From Octopus vulgaris (Eukaryota): DNA of 64,000 nt. The position numbers and the translations under genes are program-made. The notes under the pieces are model-generated. The model was given only the letters and a program-made list of their open reading frames with translations, did not search any database and had not been told where the DNA came from. Where the stretch lies: contig OX597827.1 of assembly GCA_951406725.2 (NCBI GenBank), forward strand, positions 14,136,001 to 14,200,000. Reading direction: 5' to 3'. The first letter of the stretch is position 1, and every line of letters starts with the position of its first letter. Of the stretch, positions 24,955 through 38,530 are shown piece after piece.

Positions 24955-25339
24955 GTGGAAGCACTCCGTCGGTTATGACGACGAGAGTTCCAGTTGATCC
25001 GATCAACGGAACAGCCTGCTCGTGAAATTAACGTGTAAGTGGCTGAGCACTCCACAGACACGTGTACCCTTAACGTAGTTCTCGGGGATATTCAGCGTGA
25101 CACAGAGAGTGACAAGGCCGGCCCCTTGAAATACAGGTACAACAGAAACAGGAAGTAAGAGTGAGAGAAAGTTGTGGTGAAAGAGTACAACAGGGGTCGC
25201 CACCATCCCCTGCCGGAGCCTCGTGGAGCTTTAAGTGTTTTCGCTCAATAAACACTCACAACGCCCGGTCTGGGAATCAAAACCGCGATCCTATGACCGC
25301 GAGTCCGCTGCCCTAACCACTGGGCCATTGCGCCTCCAC
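24955..25339 (-). mobile_element. SINE family C (tail type 3)
   Basis: Head gtggaggcgcaatggcccagtggttagggcagcggactcgcgg; gatgatatgt duplicated at the flanks. Confidence 0.85.
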
Positions 25340-25779
25340 CGATGATATGTATAGTAAAACTTATAAAAAGAGAACTGTGAACTTGCTGTGGGCAGTGAAA
25401 ATCCTACGTTTCAGTTAGAGTTTTTCTTCAAGGAAAAATTGACAGAAGAGAGATTAAGAGTTTTACATCCCCTGCTGCTGTCCCTCTTTAATTTCTCTCT
25501 TATTGACTTTTCCCTCGAGAAGGACTCTTGTCTGAAACATTATCTTTTCTACTACTCTTCATAGTAAGTTTCATTGATTTTACTAAATAATACCAGTCTT
25601 GAAAATGTACACCAATACTAGTTTCTATGGTGTCTGTTTGATCACATACATACATATATACATACATACAAACATACATACATATATACATACATACAAA
25701 CATACATAAATACACACACACACATATATTTATTTATTTATTTATTATAGTGTCTGTTTGATCACATTCATATATATAT

Positions 25780-25812
<33 letters not shown>

Positions 25813-25863
25813 AATATATATGTATGTATGTATATATATGTACATACATACATATATACATAC

Positions 25864-25974
<111 letters not shown>

Positions 25975-25976
25975 AT

Positions 25977-26500
25977 CATCATCGTCATTGTCGTTTAACG
26001 TCCGCTTTCCATGCTGGCATGGGTTGGACGGTCTGACTGAGGACTGGCTAGCCAAGAGGCTGCACTAGGCTCCAATCTGATCTGGCAGTGTTTCTACAGC
26101 TGGATGCACTTCCTAACGCCAACCACTCCAAGAGTGTAGTGAGTGCTTTTACTGGCAATGACTACACTCAAGAGGTGTTTTTTACATGCCACCTGCACAG
26201 GAGCCAGTCTGGCGGCATTGGCAATAACCACACTCAAACGTTGTTTTTCACATGCCACCAGCACATGTGCCAGTAAGGCGACGCTGGAAATGATCACACT
26301 CAAATGGTGCTTTTTATGTGCCACCTGCACGGGAGCTAGTCAGCGGCCCTGGCAACGATCATGCTCAGATGGTGCTTTTAACATTCCACCAGCATGAGTG
26401 CCAATCAGGCGGAACTGTCATCGGCCATGTCAGCGATTTTGATTTCACTTGCCTCAACAGGCCTTCACAAGCAAAGTTTATTGTCCAATGAATGAAGGGT
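25977..26500 (-). mobile_element. RTE-associated family D element
   Basis: Same 3' motif and internal ~60-bp units as 14.4k and 28.6k. Confidence 0.7.
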
Positions 26501-26507
26501 ATTCATG

Positions 26508-26605
<98 letters not shown>

Positions 26606-26633
26606 AAGTGGCTATATATATATACATATACTG

Positions 26634-26680
<47 letters not shown>

Positions 26681-26734
26681 TACTTACTTACAGGGTGAGC
26701 AAAAAGTGTACGTACACCACTATATCTATATATA

Positions 26735-27200
26735 AATCCCCAAAATAGAATAAAAACTTAACAGATGACAATAAAAACATACAAACAGAGAGATGATACA
26801 AAGAAGGACAGGAAACAACAAGGACGGTTCATTTGTGGCCTTTTACTCATCAGTCGACTTTCCAAACTTTTATTACAGTTTCGGCCTGTTACACTTGAGA
26901 CTGTTCAAAATATAAGCTAAGAGCATTAAATTCTTAGAAGAAAGCAAGCGAATGTGTGCAACACAGACAAAAAGAATGAGAAAACGGAAAAAATATTACA
27001 CAATTACAAATACAAACAGCAAGAGAATAACAACAGGTGTCTTTCGACTAATAAGGACAAATCAAGTTGAGCTGGCATGTGGAGTGAAAGACTTGAGGTA
27101 CAAACATAGATGAAAGTCAGGAGAGAGGAAAATAAGAGATGCTGTAAGGGCGGAGGTCGGGCCAAGAAAGAAAGATCGTGCCTGGCCAAACACTGGTCAC
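26735..27200 (-). repeat. Dispersed repeat family F associated with (TA)n (also 27495-27630, 48077-48510, 63645-63812)
   Basis: Shared tatataaa..caaaat..gaa..agaa...acaagga..g.tca...tc.tcagtc..., and in the longer copies gctaagagcatta.attc and ggtgtctttc. Confidence 0.7.
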
Positions 27201-27746
27201 ATGGAAGGAAAAGAGAGAGGTAGGAGCAGAGGGATTGAAGAATTGGGGAAGGAACTAGATAGAGAGAGAGAGAGAGGAAGGGATAGAGGGGTAGGTACAA
27301 GGGAGATAACAAAGGAAAGTAGAGAGATTAAAGAAAGAGAATGCCAAGAAATGTGAGAGAAGGGGAATGAGAAAAGAAAAGAGGAAAGAAAGAACATATG
27401 AGGGAGAATAAAAGATGAATAAAAAAGTCATACAAAATTTAGATACATACTTATAAGGTGAGCAAAAAGTGTACGTACATTAATATTTGTATATATAAAT
27501 CCAAAATTGGAATAAGAATGTAAGAGACGACTATAAAAACATATGGACAGATAGACAATATGAAGATGGACAGGAAAAATCAAGGACAGATCATTCGTAG
27601 CCTTCTATTCATCAGTCAAGTTTCCAAGTTTTTCCTCTCTGTCTTTGTATTGTCTGTCTCTCCATATGTTTTTACTGTCATCTATTACATTCTTACTCCA
27701 TATATATATATATATATATATATGTATATTGATATATATATATATG

Positions 27747-27791
<45 letters not shown>

Positions 27792-27826
27792 GTATATATA
27801 TATATATATGTATATATATGTATATT

Positions 27827-27859
<33 letters not shown>

Positions 27860-27968
27860 GTATATATGTATATATACATATGCATATATATGTATATATA
27901 TATCTATCTATCTCTCTCTATATATATTATATACATACATATACATATATACATACATAAATATATAC

Positions 27969-28046
<78 letters not shown>

Positions 28047-28317
28047 ATATATGTATATATATGTGTATGTATATATGTATATGTATTTTGCTTAGGCATT
28101 ACTAGACTAATAACCTGGTGCGGAACTCCATATATATATATATGCTTTAGAACAAAGTGCTAGTGAAGAATAGAGGGTAATAAGAAGAATGAGATGATAA
28201 AGGAATAAAGGATTATCTTATGAACTTCGTTATCTTACAGCTGTTTCTGTTATAAGATGCAGTGGATTCATATTTGACTGCCTGAATAACACCCTATTCC
28301 TTTGTCATCTCATTTCC

Positions 28318-28377
<60 letters not shown>

Positions 28378-28594
28378 ATGTATGTATGTAGACATTGTAT
28401 ATCTTTAGTTGGGCTAAAAAAGTCACATTCGATCACAGCACCAGTAACAGTTAAGCTTCATGCAACGGCCCTACTCGATAACGAGGGGGCAGCCATAATG
28501 TATGTATATATGTGTATATATATATGTGTGTGTGTGTATATATATGTATGTATATATGTATATATACATAAGTATATATATATATATATATATA

Positions 28595-29175
28595 TGTCTG
28601 GCCCCGTGTCGGTGGCACGTAAAAGCACCATCCGTCCGTGTCCGTTGCCAGCCTCGGCTGGCCCCCGTGCCGGTGACACGTAAAAGCACCGTCCGCTCGT
28701 GGCCGTTTGCCAGCTCTGTCTGGCAACCGTGTCGGTGGCACGTAAAAGCACCATCCGTTCGCGTACGTTGCCAGCCTCGGCTGGCCCCCGTGCCGGTGAC
28801 ACGTAAAAGCACCGTCCGTTCGTGGCCGGTTGCCAGCTCTGTCTGGCCCCGTGTCGGTGGCACGTAAAAGCACCATCCGTTCGTGTCCGTTGCCAGCATC
28901 GCCTGGCCCCGTGCCGGTGACACGTAAAAGCACCATCCGTTCGTGGCCGTTCGTGGCCGTTCGCCAGCTCTGTCTGGCACCTGTGCAGGTGGCACGTAAA
29001 AAACACCCACTACACTCGCGGAGTGGTTGGCGTTAGGAAGGGCATCCAGCCGTAGAAACACTACCAGATCTGACTGGGCCTGACAAAGCCTTCCAGCTTC
29101 ACAGACCCCAGTTGACCCGTCCAACCCATGCTAGCATGGAAAACGGACGCTAAACGATGATGATGATGATGATGA
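28595..29175 (+). mobile_element. RTE-associated family D element with an expanded internal ~60-bp CpG-rich tandem array
   Basis: 6-7 units of ggcccc gtg(t/c)cggtg(g/a)cacgtaaaagcacc(a/g)tccg..., then the conserved 3' end and (gat)n. Confidence 0.85.
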
Positions 29176-29329
29176 TATATATATAAATATATATATATAT
29201 GTATATATATATATGTGTGTATATATATATACATACATATATATATTATATACATACATATACATACATATATATATATATATGTATGTATATATACATA
29301 CATATATATATTATATACATACATATACA

Positions 29330-29371
<42 letters not shown>

Positions 29372-30694
29372 TATATATTCCTTTCTCATCTCATTTCCTC
29401 GTGTGTGTGTATGTGTGTGTTCATATACATATATATCAATTAATAAAGAATAGACAGAATGTTATGTTATATGACAATCATCCCTATGAGAATGTTTAGT
29501 TGTTGTTTACTTTCGATGTTAATGCTGTGTACCATTATTAGTCTTCTTCAAGCACTTCAATGGCCAAGTACTTGCACGACGTGCTACTGAGATGGTAAGC
29601 TGAATCTAAAACATTCCTCCTATTATCATAATGAACACACACACACATACACACACACACACACACAAATATGAAAGGCTTCTTTCAAATCCATCTATCA
29701 GATCTACTCATGAGGTTTTGGTCAATCTGGAGCAATAGTCAAAGACACTAGTACACAATGTTTGGTACTAGAATCGAACACAAATCCACATTGTTATGAA
29801 GTGAAAATTGCGAAACATCAGTCATAATTCTAAAATGTATAATAGCAATTTTATCAGAAAATGTAAATCGTTTTGTACTGACAGAACAACAAAACATTAA
29901 AAGATAAAATAAAAATATTCTTATAAAAAAGAAAAAATGTGATTGAAAATATCAAAATTTTTTTTTTTTTTACGAAAAGTGGAAAAGAAAAAAAAAAAAG
30001 AAATGATATTTGAAATGCGTTAAAAGATGAAAAGAAATTAGATGTTTTTGTGTAATGAATGAGTTCCTGTTTTAATTGAGAAAGTTTTACTGTATTTAGG
30101 TTAAGAAAGTTAATGAATATAAGGATAAATTTGGAAATGACCCTACGGCACCATACAATTCAAACATTGATTGCAAAGTCTAAAGGAGAATATTTTATAT
30201 AAAATCATGGATGAATCGTCAGAAGTTATTCAACATTTCTGAGAGTAGAAAACTACAATTGTTGTAGTAGTTGAAATATATATATATAAAAAAAAAAAAT
30301 ATGAGTTGGAGATTTCTATGGTGCTTGGAAATTCTTCAAAAGAATTCAGTTGAAGCATGCTTTACTTTTCTTTATTTTATCAATTTTTTTTTTGTTTTTT
30401 TTTGTTTCTTGTGTTGTTTCCTTTCCATTTAACAATTTCTACCATTTCCTTTCTTTTTTTTTTTCTGTGTTGTTTTGTTTTGTTTTTGGTTTTTTTGGGG
30501 GTTTTTTGGGGTTTTTTTTTTGGTTTTTCTGTTTTATTCTGAATAAAGAAACTTGTAAAAATATTGAAGAGGCATGACAAAGAAAAAGGGGAGACTTAGG
30601 AAGAGGTACCAGCAGAAGAATGAAGAAGTGGGTGGGGAGAGCTAGAAAGAGAATAGGTGAGCCTGAAGCCAAACCATTTGAATGAAGAATAAAG

Positions 30695-30697
30695 AAT

Positions 30698-30741
<44 letters not shown>

Positions 30742-31052
30742 TGAAACAGAAAGATGGAAGTAGATAGGAGATAGCAAGAGAAAGAGAAAGAGTGAGAAAG
30801 AGAAAGAGCAAGAGAGAGAAAGAGAGGGGAGGAAATAGATAGGAGGAGATAATGAGAGACAGATAGAAAGCAAGAGGGAGTGAGAGAGAATGAGGAAGTG
30901 GGAGGTAGATAGGTGGAGATAGCAAAAGAGAGAGACAGACACAGAGACAGAGAGAGAGGTAGATAGATTGAGAGAGAGAGAGAGAGCAAGCACGAGAGAG
31001 AGCAAGAGTGAGAGTGAGGTAGATAGATGGACAGATAGATGGAGAGAGAGAG

Positions 31053-31083
<31 letters not shown>

Positions 31084-31312
31084 GAAAGAGAGAGAGAGAG
31101 CAAGAGCGAGAGAGAGGTAGATAGATGGACAGATAGATGGAGAGAGAGAGAGAGAGAGCAAGAGCGAGAGAGAGGTAGATAGATGGACAGATAGATGGAG
31201 AGAGAGAGAGAGAGGGAGAGCAAGAGCAAGAGCGAGAGAGAGAGGTAGATAGATGGACAGATAGATAGAAAGAGAGATAGACAGACAGGGACAGAGAGAC
31301 AGAGGGAGGGAA
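30695..31312. repeat. Polypurine (GA)n tract with a higher-order unit gagagaggtagatagatggacagatagatgga
   Basis: Direct observation. Confidence 0.9.
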
Positions 31313-32546
31313 TGGAAATTTAGAGCAGCAATTAGCAGATGTGATATTGTAGTGTTCCGCTAGAAAGAGGAACTACATCACTGGTAAAGAGGAAGGCTGC
31401 GGTTTCTTTCTCTCCTGACTAAGAAAGGATTTAAAGAAAGATACAAGCGAAAGAAAAAAAAAAAGAAAATCTTAATACTGGATGTTATTAATCATGGAGT
31501 TTATATGAAAGTTCAGCCAATAATATGAAGACATCTTAAATGAAATAGAAACTCAGAAAAGAAAAGGTCATATTTTCTTACTTAACTAAAATATGTAGAA
31601 ACAAGAAACACACACACACACAAACACACACACACATGCACACACACACACACGCACGCACATGCACACATGTATGTATATCTATCTAGTTATTTATCTC
31701 TGTCTTTTTCTCTCTCTCTCTATCACTCTTTCTCTCTATATATATAGAGAGACAGACAGACAGATAGACAGAGAGACAGAGAGAAAAAGAGAGAAGGATA
31801 AAACAGATAGTCAACTAGTTAGCTCACTAGCTATTTCTTCCTCACTCTTTCTCTCTCTCTCTCTCTCTCAATATATATATACACACATATATACACATAT
31901 ATATATACACATATATACACACATATATATATACATGCCTACACATATATATATATACATATGTATGTGCATTTGTGTGTCTGAATGTATGTATGTGTGT
32001 GTGTGCATTTGTATGTCTCTGTGTGTGTATGTAAGTATGTGTGTGTGTGCATTTGTATGTGTAAGTGTGTGTGTGTGTGTTCGTGTGTGTGTGTGTGTAT
32101 GTGTGTGTGTGTGAAAGTTAGTGAAATGGAAAATTTTCATGACATTCTGAAAAGCGGGAAGCAGAGAAATGAGTAAATAATTTTGTTGAAAACATTTACC
32201 TTGGGTGTCTGATGGTATTTTGAAGTTGATTAAGCGGTAGGTAGAAGATACTAGATTGAAAAAGTCAAATATTTTTGCGACTTGGGTGGAAACTTGATGA
32301 CCTTCAGTTATATAGCGTGAGAATGAGGGAGAGAGAGTGAGAGAGAGCACATACAGAGAGAAGAAGAATAGGGACAAAGAAAGGGAACAAACAGGTGCCA
32401 AACTATAGCATCTTTGCAAGTGAGACTAGTTAATTGCAGGTAGTAGATCTTTTGATAAGAGCAGATGTTGTTAAAATTTGTACAAAACTAGTATTGTAGG
32501 GTGTAGATTTTATATGTAGGTTCAAGTCTTATGAGAGAGTGTATAG

Positions 32547-32935
32547 TGCGCAGGAATGGCTGTGTGGTAAGTAGCTTGCTTACCAACCACATGGTTCTGG
32601 GTTCATTCCCTGCATGACACCTTGGGCAAGTGTCTTCTACTATAGCCTTGGGCTGACCAAAGCCTTATGAGTGGATTTGGTAGGCGGAAACTGAAAGAAG
32701 CCCGTCGTATATGTGTATATATATATGTGTGTTTGTGTGTCTCTGTTTGTCCCCCTAACATCACTTGACAACCGATAGTGGTGTGTTTACGTCCCCGTCA
32801 CTTAGCGGTTCAGCAAAAGAGACCAATAGAATAAGTACTAGGCTTCCAAAGAATAAGTCCTGGGGTCGATTTGCTCGACTAAAGGTGGTGCTCCAGCATG
32901 GCCGCAGTCAAATGACTGAAACAAGTAAAAGAGTG
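32547..32935 (+). mobile_element. SINE family A
   Basis: Consensus match. Confidence 0.88.
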
Positions 32936-33379
32936 TGGAACACATACATTTTACCATGAGTAAGTTGTTTGACAGAAATTCTTCTCCCTTTTGACCCCTA
33001 CTATAATGAGACATGTCACCATATTACTTGTTACAACAACAATTTATATCAGAAACCATTAAGGGAGCCTCTATGTGATCATTCAAACTGTGAGAAATAG
33101 CAGCCAAATTCCTGTACCCGTAACCCCACACATGTCTCACTGAAACAAAAAGATAGGAGGGTCACAAGTGAAACGATTTTAGAAATAGTTCCATTCAATC
33201 TGGATTAACTTATGGCTAAGCTCGTTTTTCCATGAAACCAAGGAAAAAATTGTATCATTGCTTTCATGTTGTCTTTCACATAACTTTGTTGAATAAGTGA
33301 CACAATCCAGGCCAACTTAGAAGCATTATAGGCCTCCATGCAAACTTATGCAATAGACCCTACAGTATTTATTTATTTA

Positions 33380-33521
33380 TGGTAAGCTTGCTAACCAACC
33401 ACATGGTTCCGGGTTCAGTCCCACTGCGTGGCATCTTGGGCAAGTGTCTTCTGCTATAGCCCCGGGCCGACCAATGCCTTGTGAGTGGATTTGGTAGATG
33501 GAAACTGAAAGAAGCCTGTCG

Positions 33522-33562
<41 letters not shown>

Positions 33563-33783
33563 ATTTGTGTGTTTGTGTGTGTGTGTTTGTCCCCCTAGCA
33601 TTGCTTGACAACTGATGCTGGTGTGTTTACGTCCCCGTCACTTAGCGGTTCGGCAAAAGAGACCGATAAAATAAGTACTGGGCTTACAAAGAATAAGTCC
33701 CGGGGTCGATTTGCTCGACTAAAGGCGGTGCTCCTGCATGGCCACAGTCAAATGACTGAAACAAGTAAAAGAGTAAAAGAGTA
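33380..33783 (+). mobile_element. SINE family A (5' truncated)
   Basis: Consensus match. Confidence 0.88.
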
Positions 33784-34260
33784 CAGCAAACATAGAGCAG
33801 AAATGGGCCTCCAAACTCATGAGGGCCTCTGTAGTTACCCAATGTGCCAAAACCTTAAGATGGCTCTGTACACAAGTTTTGTCCTCCCTACAAGAACAAA
33901 CTACATCACTGATGTTAAAAAGCACAGTTCCTTTATAGTCTACAGACATGTGGTTAAAAAGTACCAATATCTTCTTCAAACTATTTTCTTACACAGTGAT
34001 TCTCAGACTGTGTGTTGCTAAGGATACCTAGTTTTGTCGCACACATTTTCCAATATATTATTTATGATTTTAGAAAATCCTAACTCATACTTGTACATCT
34101 TGAAATAAATGTTGTCATGCACAAATCTGATTATCCCCATACACTCTTGCATCCACACACACACCTACACACTTAGTTTTTTTGGACCCCACTCACTTCT
34201 ACTCAGCTTGCATGTCCAGTATGTTCACCATCATCAAGTCACTGTTTCCTTTCAATGAAA

Positions 34261-34440
34261 GGCGTAGGAGTGGCTGTGTGGTGAGTAGCTTGCTTACCAA
34301 CCACATGGTTCCGGGTTCAGTCCCACTGCATGGCACCTTGGGCAAGTGTCTTCTACTATAGCCTCGGTCCAACCAAAGCCTTGTGAATGGATTTGGTTGA
34401 CGGAAACTGAAAGAAGCCTGTCGTATATATATATATATAC

Positions 34441-34475
<35 letters not shown>

Positions 34476-34705
34476 TGTCTGTGTGTGTATATGTTTGTGT
34501 GTCTGTGTTTGTCCCCCAACATCGCTTGACAACCGATGCTGGTGTGTTTATGTCCCCGTCACTTAGCAGTTCGGCAAAAGATACAGATAGCATAAGTACT
34601 TGGCTTACAAAGAATAAGTCCTGGGGTCGATTTGCCCGACTAAAGGCGGTGCTCCAGCATGGGCCACAGTCTAAATGACTGGGACCAGTAAAAGAGTAAA
34701 AGAGT
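34261..34705 (+). mobile_element. SINE family A
   Basis: Consensus match. Confidence 0.88.
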
Positions 34706-35195
34706 ACCTATTAATGGTGTTATACTATATATTTTCTCAGTAAATTTTCCTTGCAGTAAACTTTCTTCACTGTGAATTGATGGTAGTGAACTCTCCTGTG
34801 GTGAATTGACAGGAGTGAACTTACTTGTAATCCTCATCTTGTACCTTAAGGGGGCCACCTGGACACATCATCACCACTATTTATCTGTTTGCATCTCATA
34901 TTGATCATTTTCACCCTCTCTTCTAAATGTGAATAACTATGTGGTTCTTCTATTAGAGGAACCTGCTCTACCCTATTTCCTCTTATACATTTACTCCTCA
35001 TCTCCATGTATAAAGCCACTCCCCATGATCATGGCCACCACTACCATCACTATCACCACCTTGGGCTTTGTAGTTTTGTGAGTTGCATGATGATTTTACT
35101 AGTGCCGATAGCATGAAAAAGGCACCCAGTGCAAGCAGTCAAGTGGTTGGTGTTAGGAAGGGCATCCACAAATATGCACAAACACACCATACATG

Positions 35196-35417
35196 TACAA
35201 AGGGGCGCTTAAAAGTTCCTGGTTTGGGGTAAAAGATAAGTATGGGAGGATCAGTAAATTTTGGTTATATTCAGCATATTCCCCTCTCAGATTCACACAC
35301 TTATTGCAGCAGTCCTTCAGTTTTTCTAAACCCTGTAAAAGAACTCGGAAGACTGGGCCTCCAGCCAGGCCTTTTGCAATACCCTTAAAACCAGGAACTT
35401 ATCAGCACCAGCTTGTA
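35196..35417. mobile_element. Tc1/mariner-type MITE
   Basis: Imperfect TIRs tacaaaggggcgcttaaaagttcctggttt / aaaccaggaacttatcagcaccagcttgta with TA ends. Confidence 0.7.
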
Positions 35418-35654
35418 TACAGTATGTCCATAAACTATCTTTGCAATATATAGATATAGATATATAATGTCCTATAGAACATATACATAGATACTCAATA
35501 GCCCTCACTGTATGTGAAAATATAAGTAGACAATACAATACAATCTATACATACAATATACTAGTGAATAGAGGAAGAGATAAGAGCTGAACATACATGT
35601 TTCAATTTGGCTCAGGATTTCATCCACAACTGTGCACCCTCTACGATAAAACGT

Positions 35655-35957
35655 CACCCTTTTCAAGCCTAGCCAGGCTCATGGGCCTGGTTTCCCAGTT
35701 TCTGTGGCATATGTGTTCCCCCCAGCTGGACAGGACACCAGTCCATTGCAGCGTTACTCAAGAAACAGGAAGAGAGAGTGATAGAAAGTTGTGGCGAAAG
35801 AGTACAACAGGGGTTGTCACTCATCCCCCTGCCGGAGCCTCGTGGAGCTTTTAGGTGTTTTCGCTCAATAAACACACAAAACGCCTGGTTTGGGAATCGA
35901 AACCACAATCCTCTGACTGCGAGTCTGCTGCCCTAATCACTGGGCCATTGCACCTCT
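35655..35957 (-). mobile_element. SINE family C (tail type 1)
   Basis: Family C head and body; tail homologous to that of 10728-11035. Confidence 0.8.
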
Positions 35958-36196
35958 ACTCAACTATCCACAAATACACTACTTATAAACACCAAAGAGC
36001 AGGGTGTTATCAAATAATTATCCCAAGAGCATGAAAAGACTATACTAAATTACTTATTGACTAATATGATAGGCCTCTTGATAAGGACAGATTTTTGCAT
36101 TATTTGGAGCAATTTATAGTGTATCAATAAACTAAGGTTTTGTTTTTCCATTTGGTGCATAGACGTAAAGATTTTTCTTAGCTTGCTGCTGATGCT

Positions 36197-36587
36197 GTTG
36201 CTGTTGAGTGAAGCGGTCTTCGTCCCACAGCTCGCAAGATCACGCCTCTGTAGTGGGAGAAGTCCGAAACGCGGTCCTTTGCTATTCGTAACACCCGCAG
36301 AAGAGAAAGCAGGTCAACCCCTGACACCGAGAGCATCGATGGATGGATGAATGCGCATCCAGGCTCAGCGGTTGCGTAGGAAGTCGGGGACAAGAAACAG
36401 GAAGAAAGAGTGAGAGAAATTGGAGCGAAAGAGTACAACAGGGGTCACCACCACCCCCTGCCGGAGCCTCGTGGAGTTTTAGGTGTTTTCGCTCAATAAA
36501 CACACACAACGCCTGGTCTGGGAATCGAAACCGCGATCCTCCGACCGCAAGTCCGCTACCCTAACCATTAGGCCATTGCGCCTCCAC
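36197..36587 (-). mobile_element. SINE family C (tail type 4)
   Basis: Family C head and body; distinct GC-rich tail ending in caacagcaacag; tgctgatgct duplicated at the flanks. Confidence 0.82.
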
Positions 36588-36876
36588 TGCTGATGCTTTG
36601 TGAAGGTCTTTTGAGTTCTGTCGCCCATTCAGAATTCATTATGCACATGCATATGCTCACACTGACATACAAGCATAGCCAGTGAGCTATGCTGTGGCCA
36701 TACTGGGGCACTGTCATCAAAACTATGTGAGGTTATGCAGTATTTGCAAAAGCACATAGAATTGATGGTGGTCTATCCTTGTCCAAGAAAAACAGTTCAG
36801 CAATTTCTAGCTGAACGACCTGCACAAATGATTTGCTTATAGTGATCAAATGCATGTGCTGTGCATTAGCTCACAC

Positions 36877-37108
36877 CTATTTCTTTACTACCCACAAGGG
36901 GCTACGCACAGAGAGGACAAACAAGGACAGACAAATGGATTAAGTCGATTATATTGACCCCAGTGCGTAACTGGTATTTATTTAATTGACCCCGAAAGGA
37001 TGAAAGGCAAAGTCGACCTCAACAGAATTTTAACTCAGAATGTAGCGGCAGACAAAATACCGCTAGGCATTTCGCTCGGCGTGCTAACGATTCTGCTAGC
37101 TTGCCGCC
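36877..37108 (-). mobile_element. SINE family B
   Basis: Consensus match; TSD tagctcacacct. Confidence 0.85.
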
Positions 37109-37618
37109 TTAGCTCACACCTGCCATCAAATTGACATTACCTGAACAGGTGCATGGTGTATCACAAGTCAGGTGTCAAAGTGATCAGAGAGCAGTGTGAG
37201 ATAAAGTATTTCTCTCAAGAACACAGTGTACAGTCAGTTCCAGGAATTGACACGATGATCCCATGATTGTAGGTACAACACCCTAACCACAAGTCCGAGT
37301 GCCCTCACATGCGGAAGTAGTTAGAGTGTTGAACTCACAACCATGAGATCGTAGATTCAGTTTCTGGACTGAATGGTATGTTCTGTCCTTTTACAATGCA
37401 CTTCATTTCACACTGCACCAGTCTACTCAGCTGTAATGCGTACCAACTTGAATGCTGGTAGAATTATCTCTTCCTCCAGCTGTCACACCTTGGTTCTTTT
37501 GTTGATTCAAGAGTGAGAGAGCTGATGCAGAGTTCATGCCCTGCCAACAACTACATAAGGAACCTAAAACAGCAAGAGAAAGCATGGTGTGTGTTAGCAA
37601 GTCATACTTGCTGACCAG

Positions 37619-38066
37619 CAGGACTGGATTAAGACACATTGAGGCCCTAAGCACTTAAAAGATTTTGGTGCCCCCATAAAAGATTTTGGTGCCCCCATAA
37701 AAGATTATGTAATTCAAAATATAAACAATAACAAACCATAAAATAAATTTTTATTTTTCAACACAAAAGAAAACAGTAAAAGGGAAAATAATGTTTATTT
37801 TTTTTATACTTCCACTTTATTTATATTTGAAAAGTTTCCTCCTACTTTTTTGAATTGCAAAGTCTTTGATCAGATCCTCAAAATTAATCTTAGGTACCAC
37901 ATCTGCATCTATACTTAGTAGAGATAAAGGAATCCTGAATATTATTTTATCAAGTTTAAAGCGATTTCTTTTGTGCCGTAAACCATCTACTATTTCTGTG
38001 GTGCCCCCTCCTTCCCTTGATACCCTAAGCACATGTTTATTTTGCTTAGTAGTTAATCCAGCACTG
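37619..38066 (-). mobile_element. Non-autonomous hAT transposon retaining the transposase C-terminus
   Basis: TIRs caggactggattaa / ttaatccagcactg; 8-bp TSD ctgaccag/ctggccag; minus-strand LSLLSIDADVVPKINFEDLIKDFAIQKSRRKL resembles the hAT dimerisation-domain end. Confidence 0.85.
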
Positions 38067-38112
38067 CTGGCCAGCGATATCTGTACCATATTCATACAGT
38101 ATTTATACCCTG

Positions 38113-38530
38113 AAGGCAGTGAGCTGGCAAAATTGTTACTGCACCAGGCAAAATGCTTAGCAGCATTTCGTCCGACTTTACATTCTGAGTTCAATATTCC
38201 TCCAAGATCGACTTTGGCTTTCATCCTTTCAAGGTCAATGAAATAAATACCTATTTCTTTACTACCCACAAGGGACAAAACACAGAGGGGACAAACAAGG
38301 ACAGACAAACGGATTAAGCCGATTACATTGACACCAGTGTGTAACTGGTACTTAATTTATCGACCCCGAAAGGATGAAAGGCAAAGTCGACCTCGGTGGA
38401 ATTTGAACTCAGAACATAACGACAGACGAAATACGGCTATGCATTTCACCCGGCGTGCTAACGATTCTGCCCCAGTTGAATACTGGGGTTGATGTAATCA
38501 ACTAGCCCTGACCCCCAAAATTTCAGGCTT
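38113..38530. mobile_element. Nested, oppositely oriented family B SINEs
   Basis: Plus-strand head 38113-38250 interrupted by a minus-strand copy 38250-38470. Confidence 0.75.

Noticed and set aside
24955-25339. tRNA-like sequence with A and B boxes
   Set aside because: It is a SINE head that continues into a SINE body with TSDs; no complete cloverleaf with terminator was seen.
28225-28262. GAAACAGCUGUA palindrome on the minus strand (PLE hammerhead 3' half)
   Set aside because: No upstream CUGANGA visible; at most a truncated remnant.
28595-28995. CRISPR-like periodic repeat
   Set aside because: Whole units repeat with no unique spacers, no cas genes, and a eukaryotic retroposon context.
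37817-38308. 163-aa ORF
   Set aside because: Chimeric read-through of SINE B into a hAT remnant; not a gene.
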